The translations under genes and the position numbers were made by a program. A model generated the notes under the pieces. It saw nothing but the letters and a program-made list of their open reading frames with translations. It was not told the origin of the DNA and searched no databases. 64,000 nt of DNA from the NCBI GenBank assembly GCA_033762915.1, contig JANRLD010000042.1:160001-224000 (forward strand), read 5' to 3'. Positions 45,134-55,168 of the stretch are shown in pieces; position 1 is the stretch's first letter, and each line of letters opens with the position of its first letter. This DNA is from Meiothermus sp. (GTDB lineage: Bacteria; Deinococcota; Deinococci; Deinococcales; Thermaceae).

Positions 45134-45440
45134 TACAGCGGTTCCCACCATTACGCCTCACGCGGTGATGCGCTGAAGCGGGCGTAATGTACCCCGCACA
45201 TCCGAGTCTCTGCGTGCGTGGTATTCGTGGGAACCGCTGTAGGACAAAGCACAGACCCGCCAGTACATCGTGCGGCAGGCCTCGAGGGCCTTTCGTGCTT
45301 GGGGCGTCCACCCCGGCATAACTTACAGCGATTCCCACGAACACTCGGTACGGCGGTTTTCGCCGTACCGAGTGCAATACTCCTCTCTAGCGCACGCTTT
45401 AGTGCAGTACCGTGGGCGGAGTATGGAGGGGAAACGCAAT
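45134..45440. repeat. Cluster of R1 repeat modules between convergent genes
   Basis: TACAGCGGTTCCCAC ... GTGGGAACCGCTGTA inverted pair (45134-45241), plus the 45325-45440 copy matching 2265-2380. Confidence 0.85.
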
Positions 45441-47215
45441 CAGAAGCGCCCTGCGCACCAGGCAGTCGAGGCCATCCAGCCCCCCGCGTTGGTGGACCAG
45501 TGGGCAGCGCTGAACCTCGAGCCCGACGATGCGCGGACGGTGAGGACGTTGCCCCCAAAGTACTCCCAGACCGCCGCGATGTCGGTGCGGCCGTCGCCGT
45601 TGAAATCGGCGGGTATCCACTTCACATCGGCGGGTATCCCACCGTCGCGGGTGGCCCAGGCCATGCGGGGGGCGAACGACGTCTTGAGCGAGAGGTAGAC
45701 GTTGATGGAGTTGAGCCCCAGGTCGTTCCACACCTCGGCCAGGTCGGCCTGGCCGTCGCCGTCGAAGTCGCCGGCCAGGAAGCTCGAGGCGCTGAACCAG
45801 TAGTTGGCGTCAACCCGCCAGTGGGTGTGGGTAAAGCTGCTGCCAGCGGAGCGGCGTACCGTGAGCGTGGTACGCCCGTTGTTGTTCCAGGCCGCCGCGA
45901 TGTCGGTGCGGCCGTCGCCGTCGAAGTCGCCGGGAACCCACTTCACGCTGTCGCCCCAGCCGCCGTCGCGGCGGCTCCACTGCACCGGGGGCCTGAAACC
46001 GCTGCCAGTGGACAGGTAGACCGCGATCGATACCAGCCCGCCGTCGTTCCAGATTCCGGCCAGGTCGGTGCGGCCGTCGCCGTCAAAGTCGCCGGGGAGC
46101 CAGGCCGTGCTGGCCATCCAGCCGCCGCCGTTGAGCAGCCAGTGGGCCTGGGCGAAAGTGGAGCCCCGGGCCAGCCGTACGGTCAGGGTGTTGTTGCCGC
46201 TGTTGTTCCAGACCGCCCCTATGTCGCTGCGGCCGTCGCCGTCGAAGTCGCCCGAGGCCCACTTCACGCTGTCGCTCCAGCCGCCGTTGCGCACCAGGCG
46301 CTGCTGGTGGTAGGCAAAGGCGCTGCCCGTCGAGGGGTAGACGGCAAAGGAGGCCAGCCCGCCGTCGTTCCAGGCGGCCGCCAGCGAGGCCATGGGCCTG
46401 AGCGGGCTCGAGACACAGGCATTGACGGGCGGGCGGTTGGCCCGCCGCACGCCGTAGGCCTGCTGCACGCCGGCGATGTCGAGGTCGGTGAGTCGGCCGG
46501 TCGAGTTGCCGTCGCTGTTGCAGTAGTTCATCACCGAGTCGCGGTCGTAGGCGGTGAAGGGGACCGGGCTGGCGCTGGAGTCTACACTGTCGGTGCAGTT
46601 CCCTTTGTTATCGGCATGATCCTGCTCGTGGCCGAAGCCCAGCACGTGCCCGAACTCGTGCACCGCGATGTACTCGACCCGGCCCCGGTCAGCCGAGCCG
46701 TCGGGGTTGAAGCTGAGGTTGACCCTGGCCCCCTCGGCCGCTGTGCTGAGTGCCGCGGTCCCTACCACCGCGCTGCCGCCCGCCCCGAGGTTTTCGGTGC
46801 CCTGCGGCGAGATGCGCACGCGCACGTGCTTGGCCGATCCGGAGGTCGGGCAGTCGCCCCAGCCGCTGAAGCGGATTTTGGCCCAGAATTGCCAGCTCCC
46901 CTCTACCGCCGCCTGCACAAGCCCTTTCTCGCGGTTGTATTCTGCTGTTTCCCAGCAGACCGGGACGGTGTTGCCCTGGCTGGTCCACAGCCCCACGCCC
47001 TTCTCGGTGATGAGCTGGCTTTGCACCTGCCCCGTGGCTGGCTCGCCCCTGAGCGTGTTGGCTGCTTCGGCTTCGCCCGGGTGACCCATCTGGGAGCCGC
47101 AGGCAGCCAGTGATGCCGCCAGCAGCACCCCAATGCCAGCACGCCCGATACGACCCAGTTGCCCAAACTTGCCCTCGCCGAACTTGCTGTTGGCCTGCAC
47201 TTGACTTTTGCTCAT
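45440..47215 (-). CDS. Lipoprotein: metzincin metalloprotease domain plus FG-GAP/VCBS-like repeats
   Basis: Lipobox LAAC; HEFGHVLGFGH; Met-turn DSVMNY; five D(F)DGDG.xD repeats of about 50 aa. Confidence 0.82.
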   Translation of the reverse strand: MSKSQVQANSKFGEGKFGQLGRIGRAGIGVLLAASLAACGSQMGHPGEAEAANTLRGEPATGQVQSQLITEKGVGLWTSQGNTVPVCWETAEYNREKGLVQAAVEGSWQFWAKIRFSGWGDCPTSGSAKHVRVRISPQGTENLGAGGSAVVGTAALSTAAEGARVNLSFNPDGSADRGRVEYIAVHEFGHVLGFGHEQDHADNKGNCTDSVDSSASPVPFTAYDRDSVMNYCNSDGNSTGRLTDLDIAGVQQAYGVRRANRPPVNACVSSPLRPMASLAAAWNDGGLASFAVYPSTGSAFAYHQQRLVRNGGWSDSVKWASGDFDGDGRSDIGAVWNNSGNNTLTVRLARGSTFAQAHWLLNGGGWMASTAWLPGDFDGDGRTDLAGIWNDGGLVSIAVYLSTGSGFRPPVQWSRRDGGWGDSVKWVPGDFDGDGRTDIAAAWNNNGRTTLTVRRSAGSSFTHTHWRVDANYWFSASSFLAGDFDGDGQADLAEVWNDLGLNSINVYLSLKTSFAPRMAWATRDGGIPADVKWIPADFNGDGRTDIAAVWEYFGGNVLTVRASSGSRFSAAHWSTNAGGWMASTAWCAGRF

Positions 47216-47541
47216 CTCCGCCTCCTGGAGACAAGCTTGCGGTCGGTCCGGTAAGACCCTGGTAAAGTTTTGGGCGGGTTTCGCCTATGGGTCGGTTTCG
47301 GCACTATGACGGCTGGAGATAGCCCGCGTGGACACTTTCCAGGAGGTCCTCGAGGGCCTTCCATACCCGTGGCGGGGGCCTGGAGATCGGCCGGCGATGA
47401 AGGATTTGGGACTGCCGTGGGACTACCTCAGGGATTTTGCCGACGTCTCTTAAGATCATTCATAGGGGGTGAGATCCAACAGCCCTGAGAGTCGGGCATT
47501 CTGGGTCGTGATATGGTTGCTATCTTCTGCCTTTAAGCGAC

Positions 47542-47571
47542 AGAATCCCCGCTGTTTTGGGCGGGGATTCT
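47542..47571. terminator. Hairpin downstream of the tRNA fragment
   Basis: AGAATCCCCGC ... GCGGGGATTCT. Confidence 0.65.
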
Positions 47572-47595
47572 CGTCAGCTTGGACAACCTTATTCT

Positions 47596-47640
47596 TGGAG
47601 CCGGTGACGGGATTTGAACCTGCGACCTACTGATTACGAA
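47596..47640 (-). pseudogene. 3' half of tRNA-Thr(CGT); att direct repeat of an integrated element
   Basis: Reverse complement TTCGTAA TCAGT AGGTC GCAGG TTCAAAT CCCGT CACCGGC T CCA. It begins at the anticodon loop and has no D-arm or 5' acceptor strand upstream. Confidence 0.85.
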
Positions 47641-47834
47641 GAGTCTAGGTGCTTCCACGGCCTTCCGCTTCACTCCACGAAATCCCTTACCAGACGTTAT
47701 TCCTCAGAATGTACTTCCTCTGAGACCCACGGCTTTTCACGGCATTTCTTGAGCTATTTAGGGTAGAAATTAGGGTAAACTCCATTTTGATTTTGCTGTC
47801 TAGGACGGCTCTATAGAGAAAATTGCGCCTTGCC

Positions 47835-49001
47835 TTATCCATCGTTCAAGCTTAGATGGTGTTTCTTGTAGTTCTTGTGGCGGGTGTCCTTCGGGAACCT
47901 GCCCTCCTTCCTATCGTCGCGGTGCTTCTTGCGGCAATCGACCGAGCAATACTCTGGTGGGCGGCCGGCCTTGCCCTTGCGCGTCGCGGCGACCGCGTTA
48001 GGGCAGCCTGGGCGCTTGCATTTGGCTGTCACTGAAGTCTGGAACTCCTGTAGCAGCTCGAAGTATGCCCAAGCTTCGCTCGAGCCCTGGAAGGCGAGAC
48101 GTGTGCCGGGAAACCCGCCCGCCCAAGCCTGCTTGAGCTTGAGTGCCGGAACTAAGATCGAGGCTGATCGGTGCTCCAGAAACCTCTGCTGGCAGATGCT
48201 GGCCAGAATCTCGCGGAGCCCGGTCTTCTCGGCCCGTGGCAGCGAGGCTAAGCTGTCCTGAATCTCCTCAATGTCTTGGCCCGCGACCATAAACTCTTGC
48301 TGGATGTAGTGGGGGAACTCCTCCGAACGGAAGAATTCAACCTCGCGCTCTTTGGTGAGCTGGAGAATCTCGGACCAAATGCCGATGCGCCGTGCCGACT
48401 GAAGCCAGTCGAGGGCGCTGTCCTGATTGCCCATCGGGTCTAGTAGACCGATCCGTTCGGCCGTACCCTGTATCGCATTTAGCACTGCTTGGGCGCGGGG
48501 GGCTTCTCTCCTACAGGTTTCCATCGTCCTGAGCACCTGACTCGCTATCTGAGGGTCGGGGTTGTCGGTGTAGCTGATCCGCAGAAGCCTGGTTTGCTCC
48601 TGCTGTTCCTTCAGGATGTCCCAAAGCCTGTGAAACTCCCGATGTATGCGCACCGAACCCGGAGTGCTGTCTGGCTCGAAGGTGTCTTCTCGAGCAAGTC
48701 GGGGGTAGGAGAGACCTCGATACGACAGGCGCGTATTCCAGCGCTGATCGTCGGCCTCGGTCCAGCAAGGTGTCGGGATAGTTAGGGGCGGAGGAACGTC
48801 GTCGGGATTTGTGAAATCGGCAATGCGCCCTTCTGGGTTGAGCATTCGACGTTCTTTGAATTCGTAGGCAGGGAATCCACGAGTCCAATCAAAAGGCTGA
48901 ATCGAGGCGGGCTCAAGCGCCCACTTGAGCGATGGCGTGATCGGTACGTAGATCAGACGGGCCATGCCGAGCGGCAACTGCGTCTCGAAATTTGCCCCCA
49001 T
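47835..49001 (-). CDS. Hypothetical protein with C-terminal CGNR-like zinc finger
   Basis: KCKRPGC...RPPEYCSVDCR near the C-terminus; divergent from the Xis-like gene. Confidence 0.6.
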   Translation of the reverse strand: MGANFETQLPLGMARLIYVPITPSLKWALEPASIQPFDWTRGFPAYEFKERRMLNPEGRIADFTNPDDVPPPLTIPTPCWTEADDQRWNTRLSYRGLSYPRLAREDTFEPDSTPGSVRIHREFHRLWDILKEQQEQTRLLRISYTDNPDPQIASQVLRTMETCRREAPRAQAVLNAIQGTAERIGLLDPMGNQDSALDWLQSARRIGIWSEILQLTKEREVEFFRSEEFPHYIQQEFMVAGQDIEEIQDSLASLPRAEKTGLREILASICQQRFLEHRSASILVPALKLKQAWAGGFPGTRLAFQGSSEAWAYFELLQEFQTSVTAKCKRPGCPNAVAATRKGKAGRPPEYCSVDCRKKHRDDRKEGRFPKDTRHKNYKKHHLSLNDG

Positions 49002-49082
49002 AAAACCCCCAAAAATATACCCTTTTATACCGTGGAGCGGCAAGACAAACTAAGAATCGCTACGTAGCCTGGAGGTTAGAAG

Positions 49083-49319
49083 GTGAAAGACGAGATTCAG
49101 ATAAAACCGATCCTCTCGGGGTGGGAAGCCTGGAAACTGACGCAGGGCGGCATTGGTCAGAACTTGTTCTACAAGATGCTCAGCAGGGGAGAGATTCCCG
49201 GCGCGTTCAACATCGGGCAGGGGAACAAGCCCATTTGGAGGGTCAAAACCAAGCCCTTTTTGGCGTGGTTGAACGGCGAGACCGACAGCCAAAACAAGAC
49301 CCCCCACGGGGCCGCGTGA
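49083..49319 (+). CDS. Excisionase/AlpA-like small HTH protein
   Basis: 78 aa; GIGQNLFYKMLSRGEIPGA..IG....WRV....FLAWL pattern; GGAGG RBS. Confidence 0.7.
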   Translation: MKDEIQIKPILSGWEAWKLTQGGIGQNLFYKMLSRGEIPGAFNIGQGNKPIWRVKTKPFLAWLNGETDSQNKTPHGAA

Positions 49320-49329
49320 GGGGTGATGG

Positions 49330-50328
49330 ATGAGCGTACTACACAGCAATCTTAGCACAAGGGAGGCTGCGCTGTTCTACGCTTCTCTGGGGCTCCCGGT
49401 GTTGCCCCTGAAGGGCAAGCAGCCCGCCTCGAGGTTCGCCCCTAATGGCAAAGACAGCGCAAGCCTTGACTACGAAACCATCTCTATGTGGTTCGCCCAT
49501 AGCAAGCACAACCTTGGGGCAGTCCCGCCCATGTGGGTGCTGGTGATTGACGTGGATGATCCCGAAGCCCTGCCCGAATTGTTGAGGCTCTACCCCGAAC
49601 TCGAGACCGCCCCCCACGCCCTCACGGGCGGCGGGGGGTCTCACTTCTGGACCCGGCTGCCTGAGGGGGTGAGCCTCGCCGCCACGGTGCGGGCGCTGCC
49701 CTCGGTTGACCTCCGGGGCCTGGGCAAGACCTATCTGGTCATGCCGCCCTCGACGCACCCGCAGACGGGCCGCCCCTACGAGTGGGTCCAGCCGCTGGTC
49801 TCGCTTGAGGCCCTGCCCCTGGCCCCTCAGAGCCTCCTGGAGCGCCTCACGCCTGCCCCGAGGCCCACACAGCCTTACACCCCCGGCACGGCCCCACAAG
49901 CCGCCCAGAGTCGCCTAGAGGGGCTGCTGACGTGGGCCTGTGACAAGGTGGCCAGCGCCCCCGAGGGAACCCGCCACGACACGCTGCTGCGGCACTCGAG
50001 GCTGGTGGGCGGCTGGGTCGGTGCCGTTCAAGGCTTGAACGAGGGGGAGGCCCTTGAGCGGCTCATCGCGGCCGGGATTGCGGCGGGTTTGCCCCGGAGC
50101 GAGGCTGTACAGACCGCCCGGGACGGCCTGGCCGACGGCATCAAGTCGCCCCTGCCTCTGCCCGAGTCCGATTCCGACCTTGGCCCCTCTTGGGGATTCG
50201 GTGCAAACTCCATTGCATCAAAAGAAGAAGTGTCTAGGACGAAGCAAAGCGATTGGGTGCAGCAGAAACCGGATAGTAAGGGGTGGGGAGCCGAGTCGCC
50301 TTGGACGACCCGCAAAGGGGGTTGGTGA
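49330..50328 (+). CDS. Bifunctional DNA primase/polymerase (Prim-Pol, AEP)
   Basis: AAL.YA..G.PVLPL, VIDVD, TGGGGSH, DLRG...Y.V.PPS.H..TG.PY.W, EGTRHDTL. Confidence 0.85.
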   Translation: MSVLHSNLSTREAALFYASLGLPVLPLKGKQPASRFAPNGKDSASLDYETISMWFAHSKHNLGAVPPMWVLVIDVDDPEALPELLRLYPELETAPHALTGGGGSHFWTRLPEGVSLAATVRALPSVDLRGLGKTYLVMPPSTHPQTGRPYEWVQPLVSLEALPLAPQSLLERLTPAPRPTQPYTPGTAPQAAQSRLEGLLTWACDKVASAPEGTRHDTLLRHSRLVGGWVGAVQGLNEGEALERLIAAGIAAGLPRSEAVQTARDGLADGIKSPLPLPESDSDLGPSWGFGANSIASKEEVSRTKQSDWVQQKPDSKGWGAESPWTTRKGGW

Positions 50329-51317
50329 TGCCGATGAGCAAACTCGAGTTGCCCCCTGAGCCGCCGATTGTTTCCTTTGTGGTGGACGGGCTGATACCTC
50401 GAGGCCATGCCAGTCTGCTCTATGCCCCTGCGGGGGTGGGCAAGACCCGGCTGCTGGCCTACCTAGCGGTACAGCTAACCAGACCTAATGGAGGAATGTT
50501 TGGACACTACAAGACGGCTCATGGTTGGGTGCTGATTTTGGACGCAGACGACCCTAGCGGTACTGGCTTTGCCCAGTGGGTCAATCGCTTTTTGAAAGGC
50601 TGCCGAGACGCACAGCGCAGCCTGCTTGACCACCGGGCGGTGAGTGGGGGTCTGTTGCCTCATGACATTGACAAACTGGCTGTGGAGCTTGAGCAAAACC
50701 CGCCCACCCTAATCATCTTGGACAGCTTTGCGGCGGCGTTTATCGGGGTGGATAGCATAAAGGCGCATAAGGTACAAGAGCCGCTTACCAAACTGGTAGA
50801 GCTTGCGGTGAACATCGGGGCCGGGATCGTCATAACCGACCATGTGGGCAAACTGGCCCCTAAGCAGACCGTGGCTGAAAAGGGCGCGATGGGCACCGCT
50901 CAGAAGATGGCCGCCCCCCGCGCCGCCTTCGCGCTGGACAAGCTGCCTGCGGATGAATGCAATGAGCGGGACGTGTTAAGGCTGGTCTGTACCAAACAAA
51001 GCTACGCCCCGGTGCCGCCCCCAATGGGGCTGGAGGTCGTGCTCGAGGGTGACATAGCACGGATTACTCCCTTTGACTTGCCCAACAGTGAGCGGGCCGA
51101 TGAAAGAGCCGCCCGTGTTGGAACCGAACTGCTCTCTACCGTAGGGTCAAAAGGTATCGCTCGAGGCGATTTGTTGAAAGCAATGGAGGCAAAAGCTGGT
51201 GTAGGCTCGCGCACCGCTGCCAACGCCCTAAAGTTGATTGAATCGCGTTTGGGGAACAGACTCAAGATCGAGCGCCTTGGTGGGCGCGGAAACCCGCTGC
51301 TCTATCGTCTGGAATAG
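50328..51317 (+). CDS. AAA_25 / RepA-like helicase
   Basis: FVVDGLIPRG, APAGVGKT (Walker A), LIILDS (Walker B), DH..K; TGATG coupling to prim-pol. Confidence 0.8.
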   Translation: MPMSKLELPPEPPIVSFVVDGLIPRGHASLLYAPAGVGKTRLLAYLAVQLTRPNGGMFGHYKTAHGWVLILDADDPSGTGFAQWVNRFLKGCRDAQRSLLDHRAVSGGLLPHDIDKLAVELEQNPPTLIILDSFAAAFIGVDSIKAHKVQEPLTKLVELAVNIGAGIVITDHVGKLAPKQTVAEKGAMGTAQKMAAPRAAFALDKLPADECNERDVLRLVCTKQSYAPVPPPMGLEVVLEGDIARITPFDLPNSERADERAARVGTELLSTVGSKGIARGDLLKAMEAKAGVGSRTAANALKLIESRLGNRLKIERLGGRGNPLLYRLE

Positions 51318-51680
51318 GGTGCATCAAATCAAGAAAACACGTCGGAGACGAAAAGCGATTTAGTGCAAGGGGTATTGCATCAAGTCGGGGACGCTGCACC
51401 GGAGGCCAGAATCAAGGGCTAACAAGGTAGAGGGGAAGTTATGAGCTGACAGGCACAGGGGCTTTCTGGTCCGAAAGGTCAAGGAGGCCCCTGTTCGGCC
51501 TTAAGGGGATCGGGTCAAGGTGAGTGCGCCGTCTACCTCGAGGCAATGGTTGCAACAACTTACACACTAAAAAAGGAGCTGGAACGAGTTGGAAGCCAAA
51601 AAAACGTGGACCAAGTTGGACGCGAAAAAAGGCGGGCGTGCTGCCAGGGCACCGTACCCAGCCCCGAGGAGGTTTCATCC

Positions 51681-52307
51681 GTGAGTGTCAAGTACAACAG
51701 AGCAGGAGCGCCCAGCAAGCTCACCCCGGCTCGAGCCAACGCGGTGATCCTGGCCGTGGCCGAAGGCCAGACTTTAAAAGAGGGGTGCAGGCAAGCGGGC
51801 ATACACCCCGCCACCTTCTGCCGCTGGGTCAATAAATACCCTGTGCTGGCCGAAGCCCTCGAGTCGGCCCGCAGGGAGGCGTTCAGGCGCAAGCAGAGGC
51901 AAAACCCCCGCAGACGGCGGGCCTTCATCCTGTACCGCTGCCCCTGGTGCTCCGGCTCCATCACCGTGAACACCGCATGGGGTGGATTGCACTTCTGGGT
52001 GTGTGGTAACTGCAACATTCAGGCTTGGCGGTTCCCTTCGCCTCATGCCTGTCTCAAATGTCACTCAGCGACGCTATACAGCTATAGCAAAAAGAGCGTG
52101 CAGTGTGTGCGGTGCGGCCATAGGCACTATCTCAATTCCGCGAATGTCTACACACTTACATCCTCGAGCGTTGTGAAAGAACCACGCGTCATCCACAGGC
52201 CCCAAGACCTGATCGGTGTGAAACCGTACCAGCCGAGTAAGATTTCACCTTACAGCGACGGCTTGGCTTGGAGGATTGCGAGGATTCTCGAGTCGGGGAA
52301 AAGATAA
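51681..52307 (+). CDS. Terminase-small-subunit-like HTH fused to a double zinc ribbon
   Basis: GAPSKLTP..I...VAEG.TL...C..AGI..ATF.RW.......A...AR, then four CxxC; GAGGAGG RBS before GTG. Confidence 0.55.
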   Translation: MSVKYNRAGAPSKLTPARANAVILAVAEGQTLKEGCRQAGIHPATFCRWVNKYPVLAEALESARREAFRRKQRQNPRRRRAFILYRCPWCSGSITVNTAWGGLHFWVCGNCNIQAWRFPSPHACLKCHSATLYSYSKKSVQCVRCGHRHYLNSANVYTLTSSSVVKEPRVIHRPQDLIGVKPYQPSKISPYSDGLAWRIARILESGKR

Positions 52308-52396
52308 TAGTCTTGAATTGTATCTATTCCAGGGAAGATTTTGAGAACCCCCCGAAACTTGAGGATTGGTTTCAGAGTTGCCAGCAGATAGGAGGT

Positions 52397-55162
52397 TTAG
52401 GTTGCTGGGTGGTAATCGAGAGGCATACTAGATCTTCCAATCCACCCGACTGATAGAGCCTTAAGTTTTTCTTGTGAACTGAGTACTCGGTTACATGTTT
52501 CCCAATCTATTTTCTCAATATCGGTGTAACGAATAGTAAAGGGGTGCTCTTCGGGCAGAGCATCGATTATTTGTCTGGCTTGAGCTTGCTGGCCTAAGGC
52601 TACATTTATCCACACATCTTCGAGCACATCTGGGATCTGTCCGAAAAGGGTATGAATACTCTGCAAACGGGTGGAAAGTAGCTGATGCACTCGATCTTCA
52701 ACTGAACCAAGGTATCGGAGGTTATATATTTCTATCGAGTCATTAAGTTGGCCAATGCGCTGAATTCGACCCTTACGCTGCTCGAGACGAGTCGGATTCC
52801 AGGGCAAGTCTAGGTTTATCAACCTTCCCAAGCGCTGAAGGTTCAATCCCTCAGAAGCTGCATCTGTACCCAAAAGCAAGCGCAGCTTTCCTTGCCGCAC
52901 CAACTGCTTTAGGGTCTCACGCTCTTGGGGTTGCCATTCTCCACTCAGCATAAGGCCAGAGCTATCAGGCCCTGAGTACACCCCAATAAGCTCATGGGGA
53001 AATTCAGCGCTAAGGAACTTAGCTAAACTCAAAACCGAGTCTCGATACTGACTGAAGACTATGCAACCCTTTTCAAGCCAACGGGAGTCCCTAAGACAGT
53101 GCAGAACAACCGCATGTTTTGGGTCTCGTTCTCGATTTGATTGCAAGGCAGATAGGGTTTTTTCCAGTAGCTCCCTTTCATCCTTAGTAAGGGTCATACT
53201 ACTGCTGGAAATGGATTCGTCGTCCTCAGCCTCGTCATCTTCCACTGTCTCAGGCAGAGTTTGCCATGAGCTAAGCATTTTTTGCACCGTCTGCATACCT
53301 GCAAAAACGGAACTCCCAATCCGTCTTAGTAGAAGCGTTTTGAGAAAACCCCCACTGGGCAATCGTTGCTGTAGGAGTCGGCAAAACTCCTCTGCAAGGT
53401 CATATGCTTCTTTTAGGTAACTGGGCAGACTCACAGCATCGCTATTTTGCTCACCCCAAAGCACTACATCAATTTTTTTCAGGTAGGGTTCACTAGTTTC
53501 AGGGTCGAGGGTGTTCTCCAGATACTCACGGGTACGGCGAATAATACGACGGATAAATGGATTGTGATGCTGCATGATCTCTTTGAAATCCCACTCGAGT
53601 TTTTGCCGCTGGGCCATACTCACCTCACCATAGCGATTTCCAGGGACGTTGAGGTGATCGTCTTCAAGACCTAATCGCATCCGAATCTGGGCAAATAGAG
53701 GATCCTCTGTTTTTGGTGGTAGTGGATCCCGCACCCAATCCCACATCTCGAGCTTATTGGCCGCCTTAGGTTGGCTCATGACCATCTCCAAAGCATCCAT
53801 TGGTTTACGCCAGCGTGAGAGTGTACTTCCCAATACGCTGTCATCACCTCGAGACAGCACTTCTAGCAAATCCCAAGCTTCAATGGGCCTAAGCTGTACT
53901 GGGGTTGCAGTAGCCAACAACAAACTTCTTGTTTGAAAGGCAATCTGTTGTATGAAAGCCAGCAAATTATTGGGTTCAGCCTTTTGTTCGTCCTTACCGG
54001 GGCCTAGATTTCGCCTGCGGGCGTGATGCGCCTCATCTAGAATCACACAGTCATATTCAATATCCAATAGGCGGGTTACTGAATCAGACTTTCGCTTGAT
54101 TAATCCCGTCGAGATCAGCCCTACTCGCCTTGGACACTTCTTTATATCGTTAGAATCTCGTGCCGGATAGACAATTTCGTTTTCATCAATCCAGTTCTTT
54201 CCATCCCATACTGCGGACGGCATTCCAAGTTTATCCATCAGCTCATCCTGCCATTGAGGAAGCAAGGGTTTAGGGGCCAATATGAGGATCGGCTTTTCTC
54301 CGGTTAATGCGATGAGTTGGGCAGCCATCGCAAGTTGAAGGGTTTTTCCCAGACCTACCTGGTCGGCTAGAATAAATCGGGCCTTACCAATCGGCCCATG
54401 ATGGGCATCGAAAACGGTTTTGACAAAGTATTTTTGGTGATCCCATAGACCTGCTTCTTGACGCAATACAGGGGCTTCAACAATTGCCGGAGCTGGGTCA
54501 GAAGGAGGCTCACCCGATCTTGCCCAATCTGCTAAGACAATCACCTTGCGTTCAGCTAATCGGCCCACATCCTGAATTACTGCTTCAGCTAAGGGTATGG
54601 CATAAGGGGATAGCCAAAGGGCATCAAACTCTTCTTGAACCCAGCTCACTGCTTCGAGGCTCGAGTCCTCCCAGACCAATTCATAGTTAAGCTTCCAAGC
54701 CGACTTAGACTCATTGGCGCTTCCCATAAAAGCCAATTTGTTTCCATCCGCTAAGGTAATTACCCCTGCTTTACCATGAACCAAACCAAAGGCTTCATCG
54801 GGCAATACGCGCACCTCGAGTTTCCCACTGGAAAGCATTTGATAAAGCCGTTGAAACCGTTCTCTGGCTTGAAAAGCACCAGGGCTATCTAGTAACTTCT
54901 CGGGTTCAGAAGCAGTCCAACTGCGTTTGACCGCAGCTTTGGCAACCTGCACATCCTCGGGGGCCAAATCGGAGTTGCAAACCACCCGAATCTGACCCTG
55001 GATGCTGTCAAGTTCTTCGCCTACCACCTCGAGCAACGATGACGAAAAGTAACCCGCAATTCGGTCATAGGTCAAAGCACCTTGGAGCCTCGAGGCCAAA
55101 AAGCTTCGATCAATCCGCTGCCGACGAGAGGAAAAGCGGTTTATCACTTTATCTATCTCCAA
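52397..55162 (-). CDS. PLD-like nuclease fused to SNF2 helicase (restriction-like defence system)
   Basis: HGK...GSAN, DQVGLGKT, DEAH, ATATP, SEGLNLQ, PWNPTRLEQRKGRI. Confidence 0.88.
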   Translation of the reverse strand: MEIDKVINRFSSRRQRIDRSFLASRLQGALTYDRIAGYFSSSLLEVVGEELDSIQGQIRVVCNSDLAPEDVQVAKAAVKRSWTASEPEKLLDSPGAFQARERFQRLYQMLSSGKLEVRVLPDEAFGLVHGKAGVITLADGNKLAFMGSANESKSAWKLNYELVWEDSSLEAVSWVQEEFDALWLSPYAIPLAEAVIQDVGRLAERKVIVLADWARSGEPPSDPAPAIVEAPVLRQEAGLWDHQKYFVKTVFDAHHGPIGKARFILADQVGLGKTLQLAMAAQLIALTGEKPILILAPKPLLPQWQDELMDKLGMPSAVWDGKNWIDENEIVYPARDSNDIKKCPRRVGLISTGLIKRKSDSVTRLLDIEYDCVILDEAHHARRRNLGPGKDEQKAEPNNLLAFIQQIAFQTRSLLLATATPVQLRPIEAWDLLEVLSRGDDSVLGSTLSRWRKPMDALEMVMSQPKAANKLEMWDWVRDPLPPKTEDPLFAQIRMRLGLEDDHLNVPGNRYGEVSMAQRQKLEWDFKEIMQHHNPFIRRIIRRTREYLENTLDPETSEPYLKKIDVVLWGEQNSDAVSLPSYLKEAYDLAEEFCRLLQQRLPSGGFLKTLLLRRIGSSVFAGMQTVQKMLSSWQTLPETVEDDEAEDDESISSSSMTLTKDERELLEKTLSALQSNRERDPKHAVVLHCLRDSRWLEKGCIVFSQYRDSVLSLAKFLSAEFPHELIGVYSGPDSSGLMLSGEWQPQERETLKQLVRQGKLRLLLGTDAASEGLNLQRLGRLINLDLPWNPTRLEQRKGRIQRIGQLNDSIEIYNLRYLGSVEDRVHQLLSTRLQSIHTLFGQIPDVLEDVWINVALGQQAQARQIIDALPEEHPFTIRYTDIEKIDWETCNRVLSSQEKLKALSVGWIGRSSMPLDYHPAT

Positions 55163-55168
55163 TACGAT

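Noticed and set aside
45440..46400. Regular ~150-bp DNA repeats suggesting an array
   Set aside because: They encode the FG-GAP-like protein repeats of the minus-strand CDS.
47596..47670. Intact tRNA-Thr gene
   Set aside because: Only the anticodon loop to CCA is present; the 5' half is missing and the T-stem has a mismatch.
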